IMG/VR virus record: IMGVR_UViG_3300009135_000001
Coordinates: 11,255 to 75,254 of that record
Length of the DNA: 64,000 nt
Reading direction: 5' to 3' (one strand)
Source: a virus
Shown here: positions 9,589-19,592 of the stretch, in pieces
How positions within the stretch are numbered: the first letter of the stretch is position 1
Layout of the letters: each line of letters begins with the position of its first letter
The notes under the pieces: model-generated
Seen by the model: only the letters and a program-made list of their open reading frames with translations
What the model was told of the DNA's origin: nothing
Database searches by the model: none
Program-made: the position numbers and the translations under genes

Positions 9589-11205
9589 GTGGCAGCTGCA
9601 TCCTACACCACTGATTTAACTCTCATCGATGATGCTCAAGCAGTCGGTAACTTCGTTGCTTCTGGCGGCGGTGCGTCTGCACTGAATGATGAGACTGATT
9701 ACTTCATCAACGACACCCAATGCGTAAGTAAGAACGGTTTTACGGCGACACAAAAAGGTATGCTGGCGGACGATGTGTCCGCGCCTAGCATTACAGCAGG
9801 TGATGCTGTCTTCATGTGGGCTCGTCAGGCTAACAGGAACATCCTCGACACAGTCGCCAACTCTGGTGGAGCTGTCATCATGGGAACGTCGAACAGTGTG
9901 TTCGCTGGTTTCAATGTTGATGGTAACAACGTCGATGGTAACGCTCTGTTAAGTTGGGTTAACTACGCAGTAGATCCAACCCAAAGCAGTTCATACACTT
10001 CAGGATCTCCCGGCGCAGCCAGCACTTGGGATCACTTCGGTTTTGAATGGGCCATACTTGGTTCTGGCTCCCTGAAAGGAGCGCCTAATGCTATAGGCGT
10101 TATCCGTTATGGGAGAGAAATACGCTGCCAAGATGGTGACTTGGGTAACGGTTACGCTACATTCGACGGAGCGGCTGTCTTCGATGCGGGTATCACACGG
10201 CGTTGGGGCATATTGACTCCTATCTCAGGCGGTTATAACTTCCATGGTAACTTCGTCATGGGGTTGGTTGGTACAGCAGTAGATTTCCGAGACTCAGATA
10301 GAAACATCTTGGTGCTTGAAGACCCGTTCGTACCTGTCGGCTTCAACGAATTCGAGATCATCAACGCGAGTTCTAACGTAGAGTGGACCGGTATTTCAAT
10401 TGAAGCACTGGGTACGACCTCACCGTTCACCCTGACCCTGAATGTCGGCACCTTTACTGGCGACTTGTGTACGTTCAAAGGAGCTGGTACTACAGTATTC
10501 ACCAGCACCGGAGCATGCACCAACTCCACATGGCAGGACAGCGACCAGATAACTCTCGGTGAAGCTGACATCAGCGGTTCCAGTATCCTGACTCCTACAG
10601 TAGCTATTGACGAAGGAGCTGTCTTCGACGACCGTACTACCACCGCTACCACAGCGCTGACTGAATACACCAACTGCATCTTCTCTAAGGGCGCTACCGC
10701 ACACCACGCCATTGAGTTCGGCACCGGCGTTGACGACGACCTCACTCTGGAAGGTGTGGAGTTCACTGGTTTCTCCTCTACCGCCGAGGCAAACGACGCA
10801 ACACTACGTTTCAACGCTACGGGAGGCTCGCTGACGCTCACTTTGATTAACTGCACTGTGGACGGAGCAGCGGCCACTACCAGCAACGTGGGTGTTGACG
10901 ACGCGGCGGGCATCACCGTCACACTCAGTACAGACATTGTAGGAACTTTTACCGGAATGAGGGACAACAGCGAAGTCCGCGTTTACACAGCAGGTACTAG
11001 TACTGAGCTTGCAGGTGTCGAAAACGCGACCGCTGGTAGCACTGACGACCGTAGTTTCGCCGCCACCATCGCGGGCGGCACAAGCGTGGACTACACGATT
11101 GTGAACGAGACGTACGAGATCGTGAGAGTAGAAGGTTTCACCTGGCCCACCACGGCGCAGGATATCCCGATCTCTCAGCGGTTTGACCGAAATTACATAC
11201 CGTAA
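9589..11205 (+). CDS. Thr/Gly/Asp-rich beta-rich putative structural protein
   Basis: 538 aa, GTG start; composition typical of surface or fibre proteins. Confidence 0.7.
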   Translation: MAAASYTTDLTLIDDAQAVGNFVASGGGASALNDETDYFINDTQCVSKNGFTATQKGMLADDVSAPSITAGDAVFMWARQANRNILDTVANSGGAVIMGTSNSVFAGFNVDGNNVDGNALLSWVNYAVDPTQSSSYTSGSPGAASTWDHFGFEWAILGSGSLKGAPNAIGVIRYGREIRCQDGDLGNGYATFDGAAVFDAGITRRWGILTPISGGYNFHGNFVMGLVGTAVDFRDSDRNILVLEDPFVPVGFNEFEIINASSNVEWTGISIEALGTTSPFTLTLNVGTFTGDLCTFKGAGTTVFTSTGACTNSTWQDSDQITLGEADISGSSILTPTVAIDEGAVFDDRTTTATTALTEYTNCIFSKGATAHHAIEFGTGVDDDLTLEGVEFTGFSSTAEANDATLRFNATGGSLTLTLINCTVDGAAATTSNVGVDDAAGITVTLSTDIVGTFTGMRDNSEVRVYTAGTSTELAGVENATAGSTDDRSFAATIAGGTSVDYTIVNETYEIVRVEGFTWPTTAQDIPISQRFDRNYIP

Positions 11206-12437
11206 TGGCCGTTTCATTCGACGGGCCAACCCTGACAATCACCCTCGAATCCGGTGTGACGTCGGTCGAGTGGACTACTGTTTATTCTGACTGGAAGCGG
11301 TGGGTGCAAGACGGTGGTGGACATGCTTACCCCCCAGCATTCAGGCCAGATGGTGGCTCACCTCTATCCGCTGTAATCGACCAAGGTAGATACTACTTCC
11401 TTCAAAACAATCTCGGCTGGCGAATTAAGCCACCCGAAGAAGACATAACTATCCAAGCATTAGGTAACTTGGCCCTTGAAGATGCTGATCTGCCTTCGAT
11501 TCTACCAACGACTGGCGCTTTCACCGCTGCGATACTCGGCCTCCAGCCTATAACGCAGGGTGTCATACCAAGCATGAGGACCAACCTCGAATTCAATACG
11601 TTCCAAGGCGCGGTTTGTATCGACATGGCGAACAGAACTGGTAACGCGATAGCGGGAACCGGTTACTCTGGCGACGACCGTATTGGTACGCGCCGAGCAC
11701 CTTGCGACAACCCGGAAGATGCTCTGACTATAGCCAACCGCGAGGGCTTGCACCAATTTATCATCGTATCGGATTTCGATGGGGCGGGTTACAACACAGA
11801 TTTCAGCGACGGCTTTGCATTCATAGGCGACTCACCATTTATTGACTTCGATATGACCAGTTCCCTTTCAATGAACAATTGCGACATTCACAACCTTAAA
11901 GTCGGCGGGGAATCTGATGGAGTCAACTTGTTAGAATCCTGTACTATCAACGTCGTTAGCGGTTTCAACGGAACCATGCGCAGTTGTGAGTTGGATGGGA
12001 CAATTGCCGTCAACGGTAGCTGCCGTATCCTTGACTGCTTCTCAGCGCGTACTGGTTTGGGTTACAGCACTATCACTGGGATCGCCAGTTTCAACGTACA
12101 GATTCGTAATCTGCGCGGCTCCATCGGGCTCGAAGACATGGTCGGTGGCAACCACTCTATCGGTATCGGCGGTGAGGGTCGGTTAATAATCGAGGCGAGT
12201 TGTACAGGTGGAAATATCTTCGGGCGCGGCCAACCGTACGACGTGGACAACTTGGGTACCGCAACGTATGTCGACCAGACCGAGAGTAAGAAGAATACCC
12301 GTATGTACCAACGCATGGGTCTGGAAGTCGGACTCGATGTCATCAACAACGTCGATGGCAGCTACACCTTCGATGACGTAGTGGTAGGCGCATCGATCGA
12401 TGGTAGCGGAAACGTGACTCATAACAGGTCTGCCTAA
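11205..12437 (+). CDS. Putative structural protein with beta-helix-like middle region
   Basis: 410 aa; repeated small beta motifs (MNNCDIHNL, LESCTINV, MRSCELDG); TAATG coupling. Confidence 0.65.
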   Translation: MAVSFDGPTLTITLESGVTSVEWTTVYSDWKRWVQDGGGHAYPPAFRPDGGSPLSAVIDQGRYYFLQNNLGWRIKPPEEDITIQALGNLALEDADLPSILPTTGAFTAAILGLQPITQGVIPSMRTNLEFNTFQGAVCIDMANRTGNAIAGTGYSGDDRIGTRRAPCDNPEDALTIANREGLHQFIIVSDFDGAGYNTDFSDGFAFIGDSPFIDFDMTSSLSMNNCDIHNLKVGGESDGVNLLESCTINVVSGFNGTMRSCELDGTIAVNGSCRILDCFSARTGLGYSTITGIASFNVQIRNLRGSIGLEDMVGGNHSIGIGGEGRLIIEASCTGGNIFGRGQPYDVDNLGTATYVDQTESKKNTRMYQRMGLEVGLDVINNVDGSYTFDDVVVGASIDGSGNVTHNRSA

Positions 12438-12658
12438 TGTCCCGCGCAATAGGCATGGCTACACTCGGCGTCATCTGCCCTGAGTCCCGAGCACTTGGTA
12501 TGGCGTCACTTGGTGTTATCTGCGATGCCACCGTGGTTGTAGCGAAAGCTGCTGTAGCCCTCGATGGCGGTGGGTATGATCAGTACAGAGATGAACATGA
12601 CGTTATGGACATCATTTCAATTATAATTGCTTCAGGGGTGCTAGATGGCAAGCCTTAA
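12437..12658 (+). CDS. Small protein with tandem SRA(I/L)GMA(T/S)LGVIC repeat
   Basis: Two near-identical 13-aa units at the N-terminus; acidic then hydrophobic C-terminus. Confidence 0.6.
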   Translation: MSRAIGMATLGVICPESRALGMASLGVICDATVVVAKAAVALDGGGYDQYRDEHDVMDIISIIIASGVLDGKP

Positions 12659-15600
12659 ATCCTGCCTGGCCAAAGTTAAGAAAGCTGGTTTCGACACCAG
12701 CACGCTACCCCTGTCTGAGCTAGAAATATCCAGCAACCCCACTGCGGTCATAGACTCAGAGCTTACACAACTTCGTCAGGAACACGAAGAACTTTTCACT
12801 ACGCGTGAACGCCTGATGGAACAGGTGCGTCAATTCTCCCCGGAGATGAACGAAGCTATTCAGGAGCATATCGATGAAGAAATCCAAATTAATAAACCCT
12901 CCAGGCCGATTGGGCCCAAACAACCCACCCCCGGAGAGCAGGCGGGGCTTGCTGGTAGGAATGCTGTTGGCCTCCCTAAACAGCCACAGAAACAGACCCC
13001 CCGTCCTCTTGCAAACCTTGAGCAAGCAGTCGAGACAAAGAAAGCCACGGTTGGAGAAGAAGAGGCGGCTAAAGTCAGCAAAACTATGGCGGTCTTACGT
13101 CGAGCTCAGCGGGATGGCAAGGAGTACCACGAGCTAAGTACTGGGTACGCAGTACGAAAGGCTGTGGCTGCTGGCAAAATGAAAGAGATACGGGCGATGT
13201 TTCCTGAGGAGACATCTAATACTGCGGCCATGAAGAAGTTCCAACAGGTCGCCAAAAATCAAACCTCTACGGAGAAGAAAGATGATTCACCGGTATTTAA
13301 CAAGCGACAAGAGAAACAACTTGGTGCATTCAACAAAGACACCATCGCACAGAGAAGCGATGAAGTGGCACCTCGTGGAGAAAAGGAAACTAGCGATGAT
13401 TCGCAACTTGAAGGCGTCACCGAGCAAGAACAACAGCCAGTCGAAGTTCGCATCGAGCCGTACGTCAATAAGAAAGGCAAATCTACGGAACTTAGCGGCG
13501 TGGTTGGCATCGCCCGGCGGATCAAGAACCTTATCCCCGGCGCAACAATGTTCAGAGAAAGCGCAGGTGGGGGGCTAAGCACCTATGTCATCAAAGTGGA
13601 TAATGCAGAGCAGGGCGCGTATGATGGAACACCGCAACAACTTGCGGCCCAGCTTACCAAGACCTTCACTGACGGCAAACGTACGGACAAGAATAGACTC
13701 ATCCTATATGACAAAAGCGGAGAGGCAATTCCTGTTAACTCCCGGGAAATCACCAAACTTGGCGCTATCGTCGACCAAACCACACAAGACGCTTCCATGG
13801 CTCCGGTCGAGAAGTCAGGCAAACAATTCAATGCTGGCCTAGCCTTCCTGATGGTTGAGGGCAACCTGTCCCTCCAGAAAGTCAGGACAAAAGCGAAAGC
13901 AAAGAAGCCGCCCTCACCGTTGGACAACAAGTCTATCAACGAGGCGTGGAACATGCTGCCGAAATTCCTTCGCAGCGTTATCAAACAGCTGACGTGGATG
14001 ACCCCCGCTGACAAAGTGATAATCATCGAGAAGCACGGTGTTGAACCACTGGGCCTGGCGCAGCAAGCGAACAGCTGGATATTCATCAACAAAGAAAAGC
14101 TGGCTAAGAGCAAGCATGGCGACCTCAATGCGCAGGTTGTCCTGCTGCATGAGTCTGGACATATTGCTGACGCTGAGTTGAACTACGAGCCACGTAACGA
14201 TTGGCTCACCAACGACATGCTGGTGAAGTATTACCAGTCCGGTACGAACCCGAAAGATCCGATGCATCAGGTCTTCAAGCGTATCTTCAACCCCGATGGG
14301 AACTATACGCAGGAAGAGTGGCGCAAGGAAGTTGTGGCCCAGCTCTACATGGCGTATCATTTGTACCCTGACCAATTAAAAGCGTACAGTCCCGAGGGCT
14401 ATGCGTTAGCGGAGAGAATCAATGACGAGCTACAGCTCAAAGCAGACTTCCTCGCCAGAGAGCAAGAGGCTCGCGAGGCAAGCGGTGCGGCAGGAAGAGG
14501 CCGAAGTGATGGGCAAAGCCAAGGCGTTGCGGAATCGCAAGAAAAAGCAGAAGGAAGCGAAGGAAATCTTGACCTTAGCACCGTAATCGATGGCCGTGGG
14601 ACAACCGTTGCACAAGCTGCTGAATACATATCTACCCGTAAGAAAAAACCGGCAGATTTCGACCCGCGTGATATTGAGGAAGTTGCGGGTGAGGTCGAAG
14701 GTGAAGCAGACACCCGAGCCTTTGAAACTGACGATGCGCAAGCGGCTCGCAGCTCTGGACGCTCTAAGACCGCACCTGAGCTTATCGGGGAGACACTTCG
14801 TCCGAAGACGGTTAATCCGTCCAATGAGGAAGCAAAGCGTGTCTTCGATGCGTCAACCGAGCGTAAGGCATTCGGGAAGATACCGTCAGCGTTCATCGCT
14901 GTTACCAATAAACTATTCGGCCAACTGGGTATCAAGACTAAAGTTCTTGTGGTTGATAAGGCCGGGGCGCAGGAACTGCTCAAGGAAACGGGGCTTCCGT
15001 CTCAATGGGCGGACAATCTCAAGCAGGCTATAAACGACGAGCCTGTCGGGCGGCTCATGCTATCCGACAGCAGCAACGCGAACGAACGCTTTGCTATCAT
15101 CTACATCGACACCAAACAAACCCCCGCTAAAACACAGCGTGCGCTGCTCCACGAGCTTGGTCACATCGTGCAACTTGCGAAGTTAGATCAAGCCTCGCCT
15201 GAGATTCAAAAGGCTCTCAGGGACGCACACGAGGGCTCACAGACCCAAAAGGAATTCGAGGAGTGGTTCGCGGATCAACTTCTCCAGTGGGTTGACAGCA
15301 AAAAAGCTCCCAAAGGCGTGCTCGAACAGTTCTTCAAGGAGTTGGCACGAGTCTTGCGTCGGGTCTACAACAAATTCAGCGGGGCGCATCCTACTTATGA
15401 GCAATTTATGGATAGCTTGGTTGCTGCAAACCAGCTTAAGAGAGGAATGCAGAAGCCAGCATCGGGGAAACATCGTCGTGATTGGATTGAAGACATGCGT
15501 AACAGCGTGGATTCGCCGTTCCTTGCTCCGCAAGAGCGCTCTTTCTACAATTTCAACGGTGATCCGTCCCCTACCAGGGCTGGAGTATCCAGTAAAGCTG

Positions 15601-17555
15601 AGAAAGTTCTCGACTGGGGTAAAGAAAAGGCCTCAGGAACCAAAGAAGCGCTAGGAGAAATCTTCTCACCCGCTCATCAGATCATCACACAGACTTCTGA
15701 CGCCTATTTGCGTGCAAATGGACTCGCTTGGCTCGCAGATCACTTCCACAAACGCCCGGATGTAAGCACTTCTCGTACTGGCCCCACCATCGAGCAGGAA
15801 ATTCGTGGAGAATTCGGCCAGTTTGAGGCTGATATCGACAAGGTTCTTGGAAAGATGCCAAAAGGCACACGTATTTTCAACCACGTCGACCGTAAAGACC
15901 CGAAATATGCTCAAGCTGTTCAGGATTTGCTCAGCCAGAGCGACAATCCTAACGCTTTGGCGAAGCAGGTGCGCGACTACTTCGCGATGATGGAGAATTA
16001 TTTACGCAAAAACGGTGTTCAGCTGAAGAAAAGACGCAAATACTTCCCGATAATGCTCGACAAGCACCAGTGGATGGCGAATCACGACAAAGTTGTCGAA
16101 ATAGCCATGACCAAACTCGGCAAAACCCGAGCAGAAGCAGAGAATATGTACCTGGCGGTCGCCAACGACCCGTCGACGTTCGCCGACATGTCGACAGAAT
16201 ACGATCCACGGACGACTGCAACCTTTGGCCACGCCAAAAGCAGGGAGTTCGGGGTGAAGGAACACTTGGCGTTCGCCGAATTCATCGATACTGACCTCGC
16301 GTCTGTGGTCAAGAACTACACCCACAGCGCTGTCAAGCATGTCGTTGTCAACAGACAGTTCGGTGCTCTTGGCACGAAAGCCGGTCAAGTCGATCCACTG
16401 ATTAACCTAAAAACGCAAATGACGAAGGCTCTGATCGCTGGTGAGATAACGCAGGAGGTCTATGACCGCACCTGGAACACTGTTATTCCCGGTATGTTCG
16501 GGCAGCTGGGCGCTAATATGAACCCAACCCTTCGTAAAATGCAGTCAGGTCTGATATTCTTCCAGAATGTCAGACTCCTCGGAACCGCCGTACTCTCTTC
16601 ACTCGTCGATCCCGTACACGTTCTGTACAGAAGTGGAACTCTCCGGGGCCAGTGGACCAATCTTCGAAAGGCAATGGGGGAACTTAACGATAAGGAGGCG
16701 CAGCTCTTCTACCGGACGCTTGGTATCATTCGGGACGATCTCACAGAGGCAATTGTTAATGACCCTACGCATACACAGTTTTACGCGCCCAAGATTAGAA
16801 GCCTTAACGAAACGTTTTTCCGACTGAACGGGATGCAAGCGCTGACTAACCTCGGCCGCATGTTCTCTTTCAGTGCTGGTAGGCAGTTCATCATGGAAGC
16901 TGCCAAAAATAATGACACGAAGCGCCTTGCAGAAATGGGACTTACCCGACAAGAAGTACTCGACTGGGATAGCCGTGGGCAACCGTTCGCCCTCGACAAT
17001 CCGGTAGACGCTAACGTGCTATACGCGCTGCACCAGTTTGTAGATGAGTCAATCCTCCGCCCGAGCGCAGCAATGCGCCCTGCGTGGATGTCCGATCAGC
17101 GATGGTTGCTCATTGCAAACCTCAAGTCCTTCATCTTCACCTACCACGAGACGATCCTACGTCGTATCTGGAGCCAAGTACGAGCTGGTGAGATCAAAGA
17201 CCCTGCGGTACTCCTGCCGTTCGTAGCCTTCGCAGCCGTCGCACTTGGTGTGTCGATGTTCGGTTACGAGGCACGTAGACAGATCATGAACGCTGGTGAT
17301 ATCCCCCCATACGCCCGAGCCGATGCCATGGACTACATATGGGAGGGCTTACAACGTACCGGCGCACTTGGTACTATGCAGTTCCTGGTTGACGCGATGG
17401 AGGCTGAGAGCAGAGGCAAGATGGCGTTGTTCTCAGTACTAGGTCCGACGGCTTCGCAGTTCGAGATGCTAATGACTAAGGATCTGAGCTACTCCATTCC
17501 ACGTTCCCTGCCTATATTCGCCCAGAGCGCTGCTCTACGTGAGTGGGTGCGATAA
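12645..17555 (+). CDS. Giant internal virion/ejection protein (polyvalent type) with two HExxH motifs
   Basis: 1636 aa; LLHESGH and LLHELGH; helical C-terminal half typical of the largest ejection protein. Confidence 0.75.
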   Translation: MASLKSCLAKVKKAGFDTSTLPLSELEISSNPTAVIDSELTQLRQEHEELFTTRERLMEQVRQFSPEMNEAIQEHIDEEIQINKPSRPIGPKQPTPGEQAGLAGRNAVGLPKQPQKQTPRPLANLEQAVETKKATVGEEEAAKVSKTMAVLRRAQRDGKEYHELSTGYAVRKAVAAGKMKEIRAMFPEETSNTAAMKKFQQVAKNQTSTEKKDDSPVFNKRQEKQLGAFNKDTIAQRSDEVAPRGEKETSDDSQLEGVTEQEQQPVEVRIEPYVNKKGKSTELSGVVGIARRIKNLIPGATMFRESAGGGLSTYVIKVDNAEQGAYDGTPQQLAAQLTKTFTDGKRTDKNRLILYDKSGEAIPVNSREITKLGAIVDQTTQDASMAPVEKSGKQFNAGLAFLMVEGNLSLQKVRTKAKAKKPPSPLDNKSINEAWNMLPKFLRSVIKQLTWMTPADKVIIIEKHGVEPLGLAQQANSWIFINKEKLAKSKHGDLNAQVVLLHESGHIADAELNYEPRNDWLTNDMLVKYYQSGTNPKDPMHQVFKRIFNPDGNYTQEEWRKEVVAQLYMAYHLYPDQLKAYSPEGYALAERINDELQLKADFLAREQEAREASGAAGRGRSDGQSQGVAESQEKAEGSEGNLDLSTVIDGRGTTVAQAAEYISTRKKKPADFDPRDIEEVAGEVEGEADTRAFETDDAQAARSSGRSKTAPELIGETLRPKTVNPSNEEAKRVFDASTERKAFGKIPSAFIAVTNKLFGQLGIKTKVLVVDKAGAQELLKETGLPSQWADNLKQAINDEPVGRLMLSDSSNANERFAIIYIDTKQTPAKTQRALLHELGHIVQLAKLDQASPEIQKALRDAHEGSQTQKEFEEWFADQLLQWVDSKKAPKGVLEQFFKELARVLRRVYNKFSGAHPTYEQFMDSLVAANQLKRGMQKPASGKHRRDWIEDMRNSVDSPFLAPQERSFYNFNGDPSPTRAGVSSKAEKVLDWGKEKASGTKEALGEIFSPAHQIITQTSDAYLRANGLAWLADHFHKRPDVSTSRTGPTIEQEIRGEFGQFEADIDKVLGKMPKGTRIFNHVDRKDPKYAQAVQDLLSQSDNPNALAKQVRDYFAMMENYLRKNGVQLKKRRKYFPIMLDKHQWMANHDKVVEIAMTKLGKTRAEAENMYLAVANDPSTFADMSTEYDPRTTATFGHAKSREFGVKEHLAFAEFIDTDLASVVKNYTHSAVKHVVVNRQFGALGTKAGQVDPLINLKTQMTKALIAGEITQEVYDRTWNTVIPGMFGQLGANMNPTLRKMQSGLIFFQNVRLLGTAVLSSLVDPVHVLYRSGTLRGQWTNLRKAMGELNDKEAQLFYRTLGIIRDDLTEAIVNDPTHTQFYAPKIRSLNETFFRLNGMQALTNLGRMFSFSAGRQFIMEAAKNNDTKRLAEMGLTRQEVLDWDSRGQPFALDNPVDANVLYALHQFVDESILRPSAAMRPAWMSDQRWLLIANLKSFIFTYHETILRRIWSQVRAGEIKDPAVLLPFVAFAAVALGVSMFGYEARRQIMNAGDIPPYARADAMDYIWEGLQRTGALGTMQFLVDAMEAESRGKMALFSVLGPTASQFEMLMTKDLSYSIPRSLPIFAQSAALREWVR

Positions 17556-17572
17556 AAAAGCCCCCACCCCAC

Positions 17573-17600
17573 TAAGTACAATGTACAAAGGACAAAGTAG
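17573..17600 (+). repeat. Heptamer array (consensus AAAGTAC)
   Basis: TAAGTAC AATGTAC AAAGGAC AAAGTAG upstream of the endolysin gene. Confidence 0.55.
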
Positions 17601-17636
17601 ACAGGGACGTCACCTTCTTAATTTACGGAATTTGAC

Positions 17637-17993
17637 ATGAGAAAACTATCGAAACACTTCGCCCGCGAGGAATTTGCGTGTAAGTGCGGATGCGGCTTCG
17701 ACGTCGTCGACGCTCAGCTCCTGGAAATGCTCGAAGAGATTCGAGAATGGGTTAACAAGCCGGTGAAGATCAACTCTGCGGCGCGCTGTGAGAAGCATAA
17801 TAAAGGCGTGGGAGGCAGCCCCACTAGTCAACACTTATTGGGGAAGGCGGCTGATATTCGAATAGATGGTGAACAGCCTGGCTATATAGGGAGTTATGTG
17901 GATGCGTTAAGGAAGCATTCTTTTGGCGTGGGAGTATATGAGACGTTTACTCATATCGATAGCAGAGCTGAGAAAGCTCGGTGGAAGGGTTGA
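17637..17993 (+). CDS. Peptidase M15A family endolysin
   Basis: HFAREEFACKCGCG, INSAARC..HN..VGG..SQHLLGKAADI, FTHID motifs. Confidence 0.9.
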   Translation: MRKLSKHFAREEFACKCGCGFDVVDAQLLEMLEEIREWVNKPVKINSAARCEKHNKGVGGSPTSQHLLGKAADIRIDGEQPGYIGSYVDALRKHSFGVGVYETFTHIDSRAEKARWKG

Positions 17994-18150
17994 ACTGGAG
18001 AAGTACTAAATTTGCGCAGACCAGTTTCATACTGGTGGCTGCGGTAATCCTGAAAGGGATGGAAGTCATCGACGACTATACTTTTGGTATGGTTGTTGCT
18101 TTTGGTTTGGGTAATTACGCCCACCATGACGTGAAACAGAAAGGAATCTA

Positions 18151-18537
18151 ATGCTAGGCTTTTTGAAACTACTGGTCTCTCCGATAACATCTATCTTTCA
18201 GACTGTGCAAGAGCGGAAGCTGTTGAAACAGGAAGGTGAGTTTAAGCTTGCTCGTGGTGAGCAGGTGAGTCGTCAAGAATGGGAGGCGATGGGAGTTCAG
18301 GCAGGGAATAATTCCTGGAAGGATGAGTATATTACGGTGATCGTGACTTTCCCGATACCGTACATTTTTATTGGTAACACAGTTTACGCGTTTACTGGTG
18401 ACTCGAAGATACTGGACGCGAATAGGGCAGCTCTGGCTGACCTCGGTGCTCTTATGGATACCCCGTACGGGCAATTAGTTTTTGCGGTGGCCTTGGCTGC
18501 TATAGGTTTAAAATCAGTTAAAGGAATGTTCAAATGA
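18151..18537 (+). CDS. Holin (3TM-holin-like)
   Basis: SWKDEY motif followed by TM segments; adjacent to the endolysin. Confidence 0.65.
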   Translation: MLGFLKLLVSPITSIFQTVQERKLLKQEGEFKLARGEQVSRQEWEAMGVQAGNNSWKDEYITVIVTFPIPYIFIGNTVYAFTGDSKILDANRAALADLGALMDTPYGQLVFAVALAAIGLKSVKGMFK

Positions 18538-18902
18538 GCAAAGTGACAGAAGACAAAAATAAATTGAGAGATGTTCTGATAAAAAGCTATCGGAATAAAG
18601 CGAAGGATAAGATCGTGAAGAAAGCGATCAAGAAAAGGATCTCGGACAAGAAGGCCCAGAAGAAAGGAATGAAGTTGGGGAAAGTGCGGAGCCATAATTT
18701 GAAGCAACCGTTGCATACGGAAGCGAGTGGAGCACTGAAGGCGAGGAAAGAAAGGCGAGGAGCTAACGATCGGAAGAATGATGCCGCGAGAAAGGCCGCG
18801 AAACCGACGGTAAGAGATAGAATTAAGAAGAATGTATTCGGTTTGGGCAAAGCTGTATCGAATATCATGAAGATGAAGAACGATCCGAAGAAAAACCCGT
18901 AG
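18534..18902 (+). CDS. Highly basic hypothetical protein
   Basis: Lys/Arg-rich 122 aa; ATGA coupling; last gene of the plus arm. Confidence 0.6.
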   Translation: MSKVTEDKNKLRDVLIKSYRNKAKDKIVKKAIKKRISDKKAQKKGMKLGKVRSHNLKQPLHTEASGALKARKERRGANDRKNDAARKAAKPTVRDRIKKNVFGLGKAVSNIMKMKNDPKKNP

Positions 18903-18924
18903 TACCCGCGCTGTACGTGAATGA

Positions 18925-18972
18925 ACGGCCCCTATGCCCTTGCGAGTTTAATTCCAGGAGCGTAGAGGCCGT
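18925..18972. terminator. Stem-loop at the convergence of the two arms
   Basis: ACGGCCCCTATGC...GCGTAGAGGCCGT imperfect inverted repeat between convergent genes. Confidence 0.5.
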
Positions 18973-18999
18973 ATTTCGACATTAAAATACCTATATAAA

Positions 19000-19326
19000 T
19001 CAATAACCTACGAAATTAGCTGATCCTGGGATCAGACCGTATCTGTGGGCCAAAAGGTGTAATCTGTGGGATTCCAGGTGATCACCACCTGAATAAAGGT
19101 AAGAAATTTTCTTGTCGTCGAGACTTTGGGAGTATACGAGGTCGAGATTGATTATGTTGAGGGCGGTGTGGAGGTTGTGACGTTTGGAGGCGAGTTCTGA
19201 ATATGTTATCTGTTCTCCTTTAATTTTGTTTCTGCGATTGAGAACCATTTTTTTATGGCGTCTCGGCCCTTTGTCTAGCCACCAAAATAAAATGAGGACT
19301 AGTACTATTAGTACCAGCCAGTTCAT
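19000..19326 (-). CDS. Hypothetical membrane-anchored protein
   Basis: N-terminal TM MNWLVLIVLVLILFWWL. Confidence 0.6.
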   Translation of the reverse strand: MNWLVLIVLVLILFWWLDKGPRRHKKMVLNRRNKIKGEQITYSELASKRHNLHTALNIINLDLVYSQSLDDKKISYLYSGGDHLESHRLHLLAHRYGLIPGSANFVGY

Positions 19327-19506
19327 TTATTTAAACTCTAGATCAAAATCTTCGCGGATCTCCATGACCACTTCGGCAGGAGAGAATTGGGGGTATTCAA
19401 CTTTCAGTTGGTTTTCTGTTTGAATTCCTACGGACTGTAAGTCGACACCAAAGGACTCAGAGACGAGCCTGTTGGTTCTGTCGTAGTAGGAAGGGCATTG
19501 GTTCAT
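19327..19506 (-). CDS. Small hypothetical protein (59 aa, not in the ORF track)
   Basis: GGAG SD, ATG at 19506, TAA adjacent to the next ATG. Confidence 0.5.
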   Translation of the reverse strand: MNQCPSYYDRTNRLVSESFGVDLQSVGIQTENQLKVEYPQFSPAEVVMEIREDFDLEFK

Positions 19507-19592
19507 AGCATAGCTCCAAATTATGGCCGCAGTTACCCACGGCGGGGTTTACAAGGGAATGGGTAATTTTACGCTGAAATGCGTAGGACTGC

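Noticed and set aside
10233-10967. Long antisense ORFs (also 3459-3983, 49804-50826, 53251-53889, 54031-54960)
   Set aside because: Shadow frames of strongly codon-biased genes, with no SD or motifs
5905-12658. Cassette as a transposon or intron splitting one gene
   Set aside because: No transposase, recombinase or homing nuclease, and no nucleotide-level terminal repeats; both flanking ORFs have their own start and stop
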